Assembly: GCA_963924565.1 (NCBI GenBank)
Contig: OZ004607.1
Location: forward strand, 2,232,001 to 2,296,000
Direction of reading: 5' to 3'
From: Ascidiella aspersa
Lineage: Eukaryota
Length of the DNA stretch: 64,000 bases
Below, piece after piece: positions 1-14,251 of the stretch. The position numbers were made by a program, and so were the translations under genes. Each line of letters begins with the position of its first letter. Within the stretch, counting starts at the first letter, position 1. The notes beneath the pieces are model-generated. The model ran no database searches, was not told the origin of the DNA, and saw only the letters and a program-made list of their open reading frames with translations.

Positions 1-90
1 GCACTTTGTGACCGAACAATGCTCCTTTGCGCGCTGCCAACGTCAAAGGCGGCCTAACGCGCGATGTTCGGTGTAAAAGCGCTATTTATG

Positions 91-310
91 GAGCTGGCAT
101 CGTTTTGTAAGAATGGCGAATTGTTTTGGATACGGTTCCCTTTGCATAAACTTTGCTAAGACAATGGCTTTATGCGTGCTCTTCCGCCAAAGCACATTCG
201 CTAGGAAAATGTTGTCGTTGAAATATCATAAAGAATGCTGCAGTGAGTTGGCATCGTTTTTGTAGAAATGGTGATTTTTGGTTAAAGACATCGGATTCCT
301 TTGTATAATG
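91..310 (+). repeat. Local diverged duplication of ~60 bp (91-150 and 246-310)
   Basis: gag.tggcatcgtttt..gta..aatgg.ga...cgg.t.cctttg.ataa occurs twice. Confidence 0.65.
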
Positions 311-2343
311 CGCTTGGAAATAAAGTAGCTTTCAGTTGCCTTTTTATATATCAAAGCTAGTAAGTAAGTATAAAGTTGCAAAAACTTTACAGACACATCA
401 TGCTGTTTTACGCATTTGCCAGTAATTGTTTAAAAGTTGAAAATGACCCTTTTTTATTAAAAAACGTGAGTTCAATTTTAAATCGGCCTCGATCAATTTG
501 ATTATTTTGTTAGTTTAGTTTGGGTGCCGGTTTGCAGTTGGCAGGACCTCGGTTGACAAACTATTGCTAGTGCCCATGCATTACCAACCATCTGTAGTCT
601 TAACCATGTGTTTCCCGTAACACGCGTACATTGGCGTTCAGCATCGCACACGTGCCTAAATATTATGAAAGCCTCAATTCACACAATTCGTCGCCGAAAA
701 ACAACTTTCAAGTTTGTAAGCTTTTTGCCTTTGTGACTGAACGAAAACTTTGGGTTCCACGAAAGCTTTCGGAGTGAACTTGGGGTTTGGCCGATTGAAA
801 ACTTTTAAAGAAGCACACTGCGGCCTATACCGACGCCGCAACCTTGAAAATTAAGCGTAGGCGAAAAGTTGTAATTTTTTGGCGAATATTTAAAATCTTA
901 TATTCTAATTTTATATATTAGCTTACTAAGCCCATAAACACATTTCCGTACCCCCTCAAAGGGGTACACATGTGGCCTTGATTAACAAACCCTGTTCCAG
1001 ACCTGGTTACCCATAGCTGTAGCCTTCGAAAAGCGACCAAAATATTCGCCATCTGTTTCCATAGCACGCGTACGCTGGCATCCATGATCGCACAATGCAC
1101 ATATGCCTTAAACTCGTTGCGCAAAACCAGCGTAAGGCAAGCTGCGGAAGCCTATGTGTGACTTAATCGACGTGACTTGGCAGCCCAAGTGAAAATAGCG
1201 CCAATAATCGCCAAATACTTCCTTGCAACAAGCAAAACCAGCGTGGGAACGCTTCGACGGGTCGGTCACGTGTTTCCCGGCCTACGTCAGAGCGCTATGA
1301 CGTCACGCGCGCTGGGAATTGCCAAATTTGACCTTTCGGGTTTGGAGAATGACTTGAGCGCGAAACGACAAGGATTCCATTTTTTTCCTTTTTTGCTAAA
1401 CTTTCGAATTTCCCCCAAAGTATTAATTTGGAAAAGAAACCAATTTTGCGCGACCAAATAATATTTTACGGTATGTGACGAATCTAAGGATCTATTATTA
1501 AATAGTAGTGACCTGCGAATTTAAGATTAAAATTTTCCGATTTTTAAACATTATATTTACAAGCGAAATTACCTATTTTTGTTTTACTTTTTAAATTTAA
1601 ACCGCAAAATGCTTTTTTATCTCAACAATTTACTAATTAGTCTAATTAATCTGATTTAATTGCGGTTTAGGGAATAGAATTACCTTTACTAAATAATTAA
1701 TCTTGACCGGATAACATGAGAATCTGAACATCTGCTTAGTAATTACACGCACACCATTAAATTGAGTGTTTCCCGTTTCCGTCAAATTTTCATGCATACT
1801 TACCTCAACTTATTCCAACAACACGTCTGCCAACTGCAAACCGGTATCCTAACTCAAAATTTAAACTGATCGAATTTACTGAATCGGATTCAAATGTGAA
1901 TTGATGTTAGTTTTGAGCAAAGACCGGCTGCTATCACACTACAATTGCTTTATCGCTGAACGAATTTGCTTAGGTCTTGGCAAGCTTATGATGCATTTGT
2001 CGCTTTGGCTTGGATTTCAATTGAGTTGTCGGTTGCAGAAACACAAATAAACACGGAAATGGATTTGAAAGCTCTTGTTTATCGTTTGCAAATCGCGTCC
2101 AAGTGCTAAATATACACCACCCTGCTTAAAACGTATACACTGTGCATGCGCCAGCCAATCTGCTTGACTACCGGTGTATTGAGAGGTTGAGCCAAATACA
2201 CGCGAATTCTCTTAACTGTGCTTTACTCCCAAATATACTTGACCACTTTGGTTATTTTAATTCTACATCATGGCAAAATATTTGTTGATACCGCATCCTA
2301 ATTTAAATTGCTGTTTTGTGAGTTTGTGTTAATCCCATACAAA

Positions 2344-4760
2344 CCTGTATTAAACCGAAAAAATGCATTGCAATTTGTAAATGTACACCTCTTTTACTAA
2401 CTTAGGATTATAGCAAAAATATTTATAAATACATTTTTTTAGTAGCAAGTAATACTAAGGATTTAAAAAGTTCCATTTCTCTAATTTAAACAGCGCAATT
2501 TTTACTTTTTCCATATTGTAACGTGAACATTGCGAATTAAAGATTTTGGAGCATATGGCTGCGGAGGTTGTAGTAAGTTAGAATAAAGAATTTTAAAAGC
2601 CCATACGGTAGTCAAATATTCATAATATGATGAATAAAGAGATGTTCAACACGTTGAAATTTATATGATTGAGGATGTTTTGCTTTATAACTGTTTTAGC
2701 TGGAAATGTTTCCGAATTGCCGTTCATCGCTAAAAGGTATCGATTTCTTTTGACTCGTGGCACTGAGGATGGCCGATTAGCGCTCACATCGCCAACTGTT
2801 GTCAATTAATGCGGATCAATGTTTACGTTTAATGCATTCCCACATGACCGACATTTGGTCGTTCAACGGCCCTGTCATGCAGTGGTTTTGTCCCCTGTGG
2901 AGACATTTCGCGAACGTTGTTTGTAGGATTTGTAAGTGAATTGCCTTAGGTTGCAGCAAATAGTGGATTTTTTCACGCTGTTAAAGGATTATAATTTACA
3001 TTGTTAAAACTGGGCAGAATATTTAGCCTAAACTAATAATTTTCTAATAATATTGTAAATTGTCCTCAATGTGTAATTTTTACGTAAAGTTACGAGCATT
3101 AGGTGTTTTTATCTTAATTTAAATTAAAAATTAGAAAAAAATATTGAATGTACGAAATTTCACCCCAACCTCACTAATAGGTTTGGTAAGCGTTCAGACC
3201 AGCTTATTTAAGTTAATTTGTTTATTTTTTCTATAGTTAGAGTCTTTAATATAGAATATTAACATATAGATGCATAACAACACCTCTTATGTAGTTTAGG
3301 ATTTTTTTTTTTTTTTTTTAAATTAAAAGTCATCAAACATGATATTTTAGTAAAAATCAAACATTATTTTTGTGAAAAAACCTTGGTCAGACCTTCTCAC
3401 AAAGTTAAGTTTCTTGAATCTTCTTTATTTTCGTATTTAGTGTCTTTAATGTCGTATGTTAACTGTTTAAGCCACATTTTAGTACGTCATAAATAGATGC
3501 TTAGAACCAGCTCATATGCAGTTCATTCCTGAATACTTTACTTTAAAATTGTGTTTTATTTTCAAACATTATCTGAGTGAATCAAGTACCATTTACTTTT
3601 AATCTCCACACGATAATCCATCCGCGCTACAGCACGATATAACAAACCCGCTGGTTAATAATTGAAAAGCTCGTCTACGTTTGCTCACGATCTGAGATGT
3701 TTATCACAGAGGCATAATGACGTCACTTGTTTTTACCCCTCGTAAAGTCCACCCCCTCACGTCCTGCCTAACCTTTGTACCTTCCTCAAGAATTGGAAGA
3801 AATCCACGAAGTTCTAGCTTATCTATAGTTGTATTTATATTTATTAGTGCAAAGCGGGAAGTGTCAATCTTACGCGCTAAATTCGACTTTGACTTTTCCT
3901 TTTATGCCAGAAGTGGCGGTCATCTGACGAATAAACTAAATTTTTATTCGATATTAAATAGTGCTTTAACCTCGGTAAGGATGTCTTTGGTGGAAGCCGC
4001 TTTTAGATGTATTTTTCTCCGAAAGATGTTAGTTTAAATTGCAGTTGCGAACTGGGTTACCGTTTTAAGTATATCCAGTTTACTGGATTTTTGTTGAATT
4101 TTAGTAGTGTTTGTCCTACTAGAAATTCTATAGGGATGACTTGGTGTTATTCTGTAAGGCCGTATAAAATATATTGCGATTAGATGTTTTATTATAAATG
4201 TTAAATAAAGATCAGTTTATAAACATTTGTGGGATGTCAAGCATTGGTGAAAATAAATGGAGGGTGCTTTTGTTGGTTCAAAGATATCATACTTATTTTA
4301 TACAAATAGTGATGTCGGTAGCATACTGTACGTGTTGATCCTTGGTGTAACAATAAAAAAGTAAGACATTTTATATGGTATCAACTCTTTCTTTAGGCAA
4401 GAAAAATCAATTGCAACATTATAATCAGAATAAAAAAATCCTATTTTATCGGAAATATTTCATGTGCGTAACGATTACGTAACGATAGCACATCATTCTG
4501 TTTCGAATTGCCCTTTTGTGATTGTTTTGTGACTTTGTGTTTGTCTGACAAGCCTGAATTAAACCAAAAATATATACTTGAAATTAGCAAATGTACACCA
4601 ATTTACTACCCTAAAGCAGTAATATAATTTTTTTGCTAAATTTTTTACTCAGTTTTTTTACGTGCTTTGTTCCAACCAAAACTAAAAAAAATCCTTACTT
4701 TACTTCTTAACGCGCTTATTTTTCGGTATAATTGACGTATATTGTAAACATTTGCAATTT
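2344..4760 (+). repeat. Pair of diverged ~200-bp direct repeats (2344-2540 and 4553-4760)
   Basis: cctg.attaaacc.aaaa...aatgtacacc..tttacta shared, with collinear downstream blocks. Confidence 0.55.
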
Positions 4761-7700
4761 TCAAAGTTACACGTTTTCGCTGGAATGTGTTTTTGTTGAT
4801 TTCACTTGAAGCTTGTTTTGAAGCTCGCCGTATAACTCCCGTCCATCATTTCCCCGCATACTTGCATTCAAGTGACAATATGCCGCTATGACGTCACAAA
4901 AACCTCCCACTATTGACGTCACACAGGGTGTCGCGGCGGGTTGCAACGCGCAGAAAAACATCTCAAATATTTGACTTTGGTCGCACGACAGTGAGAATTA
5001 CCTCACCTTCCTACGCGAGAAATGATCTCCAAACCTTCCCAAGATTTTTTCATCATTGTAAGCCCCTTTAAGATTTTGTAAGATTTGATGTTCGCTGTAA
5101 AATAAGAACTTTATGCAATTTTAGGTTCAGATTTATTGTAAAGTAGTGCAGATATTAATAAAGCGAAAGTTGTTTCAAAGCCTGTGTTGTGTATTGCAAC
5201 ATTGGTTAGTTCTAAAAAGTAATGGAAATAAATGTGATAGCCTGCTTAAAGTTTGTTACTGTTATGAGGTCTAAAAACCAAAATCTGTAGTTTGCGCGAT
5301 ATCTAAAGGTTCAAACATAGATCAGCATTTTTCCAAAGCTTTTGACAGATTGTAAATTCTTAAAAAAAAGATTAATATAGAAATAGCAAAAATATATAGA
5401 GTTTATTATTATATTTGTATTGATTTTGACAGGTATTATTTCCACAATTATGTAATGTATAGTTAAATAATTTACTTTGCAAGGCTCGATATCTGTGAAT
5501 GACTAAATGTGTTGAATTTACAAATTTGGAGAAAATAGGACATAATTTAGTAAGTTTAGTAAACTGTGGCTTGCATTTTCTTGGAAAACCCATTTTTTTC
5601 TTTTAATTGAAAGTGTTGTAATTTTACTTCGTGATCTGAACTATCATAGTGAAATTTGTAGTTTAAAGTTTTCACACAATGATTTTCAAAAGCAACCAAA
5701 TAACCGCTGCTGTTATATACTATATGCAACAATTACTAGCTATATATTGGAAAACAATAATTGGACTGGGTATGGGGGAACCACGAAAATGACCTTGATA
5801 TACATTGTATGTTATACAATCCAGATTGGGATTCGCACTTGACTTAATCAAGTGAAACACGACAGTGAAGAGACACCCTAACAAAGGCTTAACATTTTGA
5901 AAAGTTTGTCCTTTGACGCCAAACAGCGTGTACATAACATATGACGTAATATACTGTGGGAAAATGGATTTTAATTCGAATCTTGATACTTACGTTTGGA
6001 CGGGCAATTTAGATATTTCACATGGGAATTAAAGCTATCAGCGCCTAAGTTTACATTTTTGTTGAATTTCGAGTAGAAGGTTCTGAATAGGCCTTGGATT
6101 TTTGAGGGTAATAGCCTTCAAACGGTCAAATTTGATGTTTTATGGAGACATGTCAAAACTAATATAAAATCTGCTGTATTGACAAGTCGGTAGTTATTAC
6201 TATTAACATCATAATTTTATTAAATTTTCTCGGACAAAAGTTGTGGTGCATGTCGTAACGTCATTTTGTCTTGTTTTAACAATACTGATGTGTTTTTTAC
6301 CTTTGCTATTTTAAAGAGTAAAATTAATAATACTATAGGTAACCCCACACGGTTTGTAGCATGGAGAACCACATGGGTGTTATTTTTGTTTCAGATGTAA
6401 GGTTGTCAGCCAGTTTTGAATTTTGTAAAAAACGTATTTTGTTCTTACTTACGTCATGCTTGTTTAAAACTTGAGCCTTGGTATTTATGGCGCAACCTCA
6501 TGTATATTCGATTTGGTAAAACGGTGAAGATTAAGACATAAGCTTCTCATTGTGCAAAGCAGTGGAACGACATTTTGAGTTTGTATAATATAAAGACCGC
6601 GATATCTTATATCAGATTTGGTAGCCCCGGTTTAAAAGTAACACGCTACAGATTGTAACAAAAAGCTCTTTATGTTACAACGCTGCTTGCAACTCTTTTG
6701 GGTGGTGCAAATGCCCTTATATCTCATATCAGGTTCAACTTTGCGAACACCCTTATAAAAGGCCAATAAAGCGTAAGGCAAGTAGTCGGTGGCTGGGAAG
6801 CAAAACAGCGACAGTCCTTGTGTTTTAAGGCTGCAGGTATCAATTATCCGAGACCTGAGCCAGCAATTGAGCTTTTCCTTTTCAAACCAAATGTCGTCCA
6901 TGGCTCCAGCGCCAGATTCGGCCCGATTTGGACACAGGCTGGCTTTGTATTTGAACCGGAAACCTGGCCTTACTTCGCTGCCTAGCTTCCTTGCCAGCTG
7001 GTTACGGCGAAATATATTTTTACGCCTAATCTCGACAACAGATGTAGGTCGCTGTTGCTTAAATGGGACATTATTAAGCGGAAACTGATTTAAAAAATCA
7101 TACAAGTGTTTTGGAGGGTAACATTTTGTTTATGTTTAATTTTAGCACAGGCTTACCAAAATACCTATAAATTCTGTATATTGTCCCGTGTCGTGAAATG
7201 TGTGTTATGTGAGAAACGTTTTAAACGGCAATTCCTTTCTGTACGTTCTTAATAGGGGCGGAACTAAAAACTGACAGTAAATTTAAAGAAATGACGTGAA
7301 AGCGCAATAGCCTTATGTCGTGGCTAGACCCTAAAATAAAACCTTATAGCAGTTTTTCCTATACATTGTTTCTTCTTTTTATTAGTATAATGGGCATTAT
7401 TGGCGTCACAACGCTCGTAGATCGTAAGCCCATACAGTAGTATGTAACAATGCGGTTCCAACGTTCCAATAATGCGCATTAATGACGTCACAATCATTCG
7501 AAATAACAGTAAGACGTAAAGGAAATATTAAAACCTTAAAGTAACTATAGGTATCGTTCTAATAATACCTTGTACTTTTTCGACTTCGCAATCCTGGCAT
7601 TGCTCTTAGTCTCAAAAATGCACATTGTCACGTTGCAATGGGAGCGGTAAGACGTAGAGTCGTAGAGGATGTATTAAATATCTAAAATAAATGTATGTAA

Positions 7701-8191
7701 AACGTAAGAATAAATGTCCACTTCCTATATTGAGTATATATATATTTGAGTGCCTATGGTTACTGACTCCGTTTAGCCGTTTTGAAGGTTCCCAGTTTAT
7801 AGGTACCTATTGTCCTGATATTCTGTTGCGCATTATTGCGAACAATGATTTGAGTCTGTTGTGTGACGTGAATAATTTCCCAAGAACATGTGAAAGTAGG
7901 TAAAAGTTTTGTTTTCAACAAGGTGCATTATTTAGCAGTATGCAACCTACTTCTGTTGATGTTTTAACGTGACTTTTTTGTGTGTTAAGTTGTAAAACAA
8001 ATCAGACAATCCCATTAAACTTGACGGTTTTACTGTTGATTATTGTTTCTTTCGCGTTTCCCTTCGGTTGTAAATTGGGTTAAAACCACAATCTGGCGTT
8101 CACCAACTATTGTTTACAAAACGTACATCACCTTAATTGAGCAGTGTTTTTTCTTGCGTATCCTACTTAGTTGAACATTGTAGTGTTGCAA

Positions 8192-8297
8192 TGACTTGAC
8201 TTAAGTTAACTTAAGTCACTGTTTTTATATGACTTGACTTGACTCAAGTTTTTTGGGCAAATTGGCTTTACTTTACTTAGTTTTTTTAGGCAAATGA
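8192..8297. repeat. GACTT-type sub-repeat cluster containing a perfect 22-bp palindrome
   Basis: tgacttaagttaacttaagtca at 8197-8218 is its own reverse complement; further gacttgactt units follow. Confidence 0.7.
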
Positions 8298-9308
8298 AAG
8301 TGTATTCCTTAAGCATACTGTTTATAAAATTGGATTATTTAAACAATTTGCTAATTTTTGTAGCACAGGAACATTATCTTAAAGTTGTAGCTTAAAGCCC
8401 AAAAGCATACAGCACTTGTACAGGTTTTGAATGAGGAAACGATTACAATTGGAGATAGACCTGCGGAAATACGGGGATTTTTCCTATTGTTCGCTCACCA
8501 TTAGTTTACTTTACTCAACGTGGCAATCTGTTCAGCATCTCCGCGTAAATTTCAATTTTGTGTAAACCTTCCTTTGTTAGACAAACAATGGCGACCAAAT
8601 CGACAATGCCGCATGGCCAATGCGTTGTGCCCGATTCTTCAATTGCTCAATGCTATAGCGTGCGAAAAAAGCTGCCAAATCGTTTTCCTCAAAAGAAACA
8701 ATTACCACCTCGGCATTGAAAGTGCCTTAGATATAAGGGAGTTCTGTAAGGCTGCGATTACTGTCTCACCAAATCCAACAATAGAGTTTGACGTTGCCTT
8801 AGGATTAGCAGCCTCGGTTTGAAGGTAGAATTGTAAACATAGGCTGAATAGCGGCACGGTTAGGCCAGGCTGGGATGTAATTTGGCGCACAAAGTACCAA
8901 TGTCGGGTCTCATTTGGGCCATTGGACCGGACGCTTGTAATCTGCCGTTTTGAACCTTGTCATTACGATGCGCTTTCAAATACTACTTCTGCACAGTTTT
9001 GTCGTTTCCAACTGGCTTTTGTACAACTGTACGGTAAAATTGTAGAGCCTTGCTACTCAGTACACGGATATATCTTGCATTTAGCGAATTTTATTTAACC
9101 AATAAATGTCGCATATTGTCTTTTTTTCTAACCCATTTAAACCGTAGTTTTTAATTTGCTATTATAGACAGAAAAAAGTATCGCATTTCTTGTGCTTTAA
9201 TATCTACCGTGCCTATGTTTCAGATTTCTGAAACCAACATTAGGATTAATTCTCTTTACGGTTAGAAACTCCGAATAATAAGACTTGCGTTCCACCTTTC
9301 AAAGGTAC

Positions 9309-9418
9309 GGTTCGGATATGTTTCTGTCACATTAACTGATGGTGAAACAAGTGCGTATCAAAATGTCTTTATTAAGATGATATCGATTTACTCGACCTTT
9401 TTGGCTTTGAGATTTCTA
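9309..9418 (+). repeat. Dispersed degenerate copy of the hammerhead-containing repeat
   Basis: gtcacattaactgatggtgaaacaagtgcgtatcaaaatgtc...aagatga...tactcgacctttttggcttt aligns with the copies at 58.2-58.5 kb and 62.4 kb. Confidence 0.65.
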
Positions 9419-12049
9419 AAAATTGTAAGGTTTTCTAATAACTTTTATAATTTTTAACTTACTTCAAAACATGAAAGCGCTCTATCTAGGTCACTATTGA
9501 ACGCAAATGCTGTTAAGATGAAATTAAATCTTTCTAATTCGGTAACCTTTAAAGCTTTAAGTCATGCATATTATTAGCAGCAGCTGGTTTAACTTTACGC
9601 CATCGTGATTTGGTTTGACCGACTTTGCCGCGCGACCTTGGGCGCAATTTTTGACCTTGGTTTGTGCTTTTCGCACGCACTTTGTCCCCAGGGGGTGTAC
9701 AGTTACCCCTGTACATGAAAATCGTGACACCCACCCCCGGGTTAGGGGTCACTGCCATACCCCAGGGGTGGGATAATAAGGGGGGTGACTTGTATCCAGG
9801 ACACCCGAGATCAACACGTTTTAGCTGATTGAAAATAAAGCGAAATATTTGTTTATCTGTTTTAACGAACTGTCTTATGTTCGAAGGATTCCAAAATGCA
9901 AAATTAAATATAATTGTTTAAACTCTTACAAGTGTGTCGTGTTTATTATATGCTACAAAACGGAATTTAGTACTTCGAAATTGTTTATTATGCTCTTAAA
10001 GTTACTTTTGTATTGAATTTTATTACTACTCTGACATCCAATTTACGCAACTATTGAAACGAAAAACGAAAGTCTAAAAATATCTTCCATTTCAGTTATC
10101 CTATTCACAATATAAGATTTGTTTTATTCTAAGCATTGCATACTGATTTTTGTTAACCGATTAAATTTTGAGTCACTTCTTTCAATTTTTTAATTTAAGA
10201 AAAAAGTATTTACATGTTTTCAACAAGACCTACAACAGCGTTTGTTTGGTGACAATATCTACGAAATTTCAGTTAAATTTGACTCATTTGCCGAAATTCG
10301 TCAAAACCCCAAATCTACCTCCATTTCCTTAAACCTCTTATATCATGAGTCACGATGGGATGTTTTTCTCGCACAGTTTGTCGCAACGGGGGGTAACTTG
10401 GGTAGGGGGTGTCTTGGGTCGTTGTTGGGGGCTTATGGGGCTGACCCGTCGCGATGCCCACTGGGGCGTAACGACACTTATTCTTGGAGACACGACGTCA
10501 TGTTTTGCTGGTCGCGTATATTTAGAGCAAATCGTAGTCGACTTTTATTAGGTCCTTGACGATATTGGGGAGACAAGTCGTGAAGTGAATGGGATTGAGC
10601 TTTTTCAAGTTGCCGAAATTGTATTTTAACGGCGTTTACGTAAATTTTGTAATAGCCACTCCAGGAATGATTTGTTTTGTGGCCTGGCTTCAGTTGGAAA
10701 TTTTGTCAGGGCGTCTGCGTTTTAACCAACAAAGTACATTACCGAGCGCTGTGTATACTCAGTAAAGTGTTTTTTAAACTTTGTATTACCTTGGCAATTA
10801 CTCTTACTACACAACAGACCAGTTGGTGAAAACCACAATATTATTAGTTATCCAATGGATGACGTGCTTTTAGTTTTTAATGCGTGTCTATACATCTCTA
10901 TTTCAACATAACACACAGTTTATGAACCACTGCTATATAGGCTTCCTCAAAGCAGCTAGATATACAGCATTTGAAATAAAGAAAGATTCGTCATCTGTTG
11001 AATTATTAAGGCTCTGCGACTATTTACATTGTTTCGCTTTTACATCGAGTTGAAATTATTACATTGGCTTCACAAAAGTCTGATTACCCCTTCAATTATT
11101 TAGTGATTCGTTTCTTGAGTGAGTCTTGTGGTCTTGAAATTGATGCAAACCAGTACTTAGAGTTCGTTTTAAATATTCTCGTTCAAGTAATATTGCCTTG
11201 GTAAGGTTTATTATTTCATCTGATGTTAGCAAATTGAAATTTAACAAACGTTCAATTAACACAAATTGAGATAGATATGTTTCGTAATTCACATACCTTA
11301 TAAAGACGATTTGGATACTTTCAGTTTATAGTTAGACGTGGGAAACATATCTAAGCTCTTATAATGTTCAAAAAAGTATTAGGATTTATTCTCAAGGTCC
11401 AAACCTGTTACTTTCCCATGTACTGTTTTTGATATTTATCTGATGTATCATTGCATAGATTTAAGCATTACTACGTCGATAATGGTCATTGTTTTATTCA
11501 AACTTTAAAACAATGTTTAGTATTCTGTATGGCTTTGGTGTTTTCGTTGTTTAAAAGATGTTAGATTTATTGCTTTGGTATGGTTACTGCTTTAGCCCAA
11601 ACGTTTAAGTTGCTTTCTTCATGGAACTCATATTTATTTTTAAAAAACTCCCCGCCTTGTTACGTCACAGCTGTGAATTAGCTTCCTTTGTGACGAGACA
11701 GCGCAGCAAATTGAATATGTCCGAAAGTCATTTACAAGTGCGAGAAACAAACTAAAAACAGCAAACCCCCGTGGCTGCTTTAATTAAATCGCAGCAGTTC
11801 GAGTCATTTAGGTTCGAGGCCTGCCAGTCGGTGCAAAGGGAGCTGCCAATGCGTCACACGCGCTTTGTAAAGGTCGTAAAAATACTTTTCCATTATCATG
11901 GTGTGGGATACTGCCCGGCGAACTTGCAATCTTGACCTCAAAGTGCCGAAATTTTGCTTCCAACTTGACCTGGAGGGACCAGGTGGTTAAAACAGTGGCC
12001 TGGAAATGCTGGAGAAAAGTCGACATTTCATGCGTATTGAAGCCGCCCG

Positions 12050-12445
12050 GTTTCAAGATGGCGGGTCGCCGGTGCGGGCTTCTCTCACGACCCGCCGATT
12101 GCCTTTTTCCTTTTTTCGCCGATAGACTCTCGCGCCGCTCGGTCCTTCACTTCATTCGCGAAGTTTGCTTGGGTCGTCAAGTGAGCTGCGCTCGGCTGCG
12201 AAACTTGGAAGTTTTGCCGGATTTTAAGCTCACAATTCCGGCAGAATAAAAGCTTAGCGGTCGATGTATTTGCGGGTAGTTCGGAAGCCGAATAGCGCGG
12301 ATTTAACGGGGTTTTGCGGTCGCTTACCCCGCGCGCGCCCTGCAGCAGCTAGTTACACCTTAGCAATGCAATAGCAGGTTGTTTAGCCAGGCTGTAAAGT
12401 TTTACGATCGAACTGCCTCGAATTGCTAGCCGTAAAGCAAATAAG
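12050..12445 (+). promoter_or_regulatory. GC/CpG-rich candidate promoter and non-coding first exon of the semaphorin
   Basis: GC-rich island about 1.4-1.8 kb upstream of the ATG; Inr-like TCATTC at 12152-12157; donor-like AAG|GTACGA at 12445/12446; downstream acceptor cttccacAG at 13648-13649. No transcript evidence. Confidence 0.4.
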
Positions 12446-13842
12446 GTACGACTGGCTGCCCACAGCAGTAAAGCTTATGTTACCGGAAGTTAAGTTACTT
12501 AGAAATGACTCTGCGCTTTACAAAAAGCTTAACGCATTAGAAGGTTTTAAATCGATATTTTACATGAAATCGAAATGTTTTTACAGGCTTGGCGTTGATA
12601 CGAAGGTGAGCCTTAATTGCAGTATCAATTACAACAGTTGACATTAAACTAATTTCATTTTAAAAACTGTAGATTTCCTGGTTTAACAGTTGTAGGTTTT
12701 TTGAAAGTAATTTCTAAATATGAAGTTATTTGCCGCAAAATCGTCACAGTTTTCTAGTTTTACAGGCGCCTAAAAAAATCGAAAATACATATTCGCGCTT
12801 CACCTGTGTTTTATTACTGAACGTTATTGCATTGTTATTCAGCTAACATTCGTTGCTATTTATTTAGTCTACGGCCGGTAAAAACAAACACCTAATGCGA
12901 TATCAGAGGTTTAGCGTTGGGCTAGCAGGTGTAGTGCACTTATAACATACGCAGACAGGTCGATATCACTATGTGTTCTGCAGGTGTTGTTAAAACAAAA
13001 ACATCTGCTCACTATTAACTGTGATTTGCCACATGTTGTACATGTTTGTTGACCGTAACATTACACCGGTGTAATTTCGAGTCTAGAAATTCCAAACCAT
13101 TTGAAAACATTTACATTATTATTAAACAAAATGCAGGCAACCCATTATCTTTAGTAAGATAGGTTTTGAAACATTAATTTCAATATTTGAATTGTTGGTA
13201 GTTGGAAAAAACCGTGCCTACTGTAAACCCTCATACGGAGTTTCTCTTATTGACATAGCTGTTGTATTGTATACGTGCAGTTTATCAGGCGGCCTAAACT
13301 GCATTCCTATAGCTGTATCTTTTTCATTGCATATTATTACTTACAGTAGCAGACAATTGCTGCCATAGTGTTTCCAGATGCGTCGAGGAAATAAACAGCT
13401 ACAGAGCTGGCGTATGATTCGATTGTTTGGTCACAATGGAAGGTTCCGCTTGTCGAACGTGCTTTGTCACCAGGACAATGCCATTTGGATTGTTTAACTT
13501 TGCTTCCTTTATTACCTTGCGGAGTTTATTTAACTGGTGGAGAAGTATTGCCAGGAAAATTGCAACATTTGTCAAATAGTAACCAAGTTTTATATCTTGT
13601 GTCGCTTTTGTTTTGCGCTTAACAATGTTTTATGATGTCGCTTCCACAGAAATAGTGAAAACAAGAATGCTTTGCTTTTTACTCGCGAATTGATTATACC
13701 CTGGAAATGTCAAACTCCAAAACGGGATAACTTGAACGAATTTCGCGGATTTACAAAAAGAAGAATCCAGCAAGCAAGCAAAAAAACAAGCTGATAAGTG
13801 GAATTACAGCACAGAACAGAAACAACGTCAAAAACGACAAAA

Positions 13843-14251
13843 ATGGACCAAGTTTCGAGTTTGCGGCAAGACAGGGGCGTCACAGTTCGCACCCTGGCCA
13901 CAATAAGAGCCCTACGGGCCACCGAGGCCAAACCGGCCCACGACCAACCACGATTTCCAGCCGGGGACGGTCAGGAAAAGCGATCAACTAGCTGCCAGCT
14001 GCGTGGAAGCCTCACACACCCAAGTGTTGACGCAAAGGTGTCGCTTCGAGCTTCTAATCGGCTTTGTCGCCGATTTCAATTAAGCCCTTTGATCCGCGGC
14101 GGATTAACGACGGCGCCGCGGCTCGCTGGCCCCTCCCACCCGAGCCCCCCTAGGCCGGGGGTGCTATGGGCCCTGTTCCTGGCCACCCTGGCACTCCTGG
14201 TGCTTCAAACCACGGCGAGCGCCAATAAGCTGCCGTTAGTCAGAACTCGAG
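13843..14251 (+). CDS. SEMA6: Semaphorin coding exon 1 (ATG, long N-terminal extension, signal peptide [21 protein letters not shown])
   Basis: ATG at 13843 (AAAATGG); hydrophobic core at aa 107-121 followed by A-S-A; donor G|GTATTT, phase 1, matches exon 2. Confidence 0.8.

Noticed and set aside
6632-7105. 157-aa minus-strand ORF and the overlapping 99-aa plus-strand ORF
   Set aside because: Non-ATG starts, no recognisable motif and no convincing splice partners; probably non-coding regulatory sequence.
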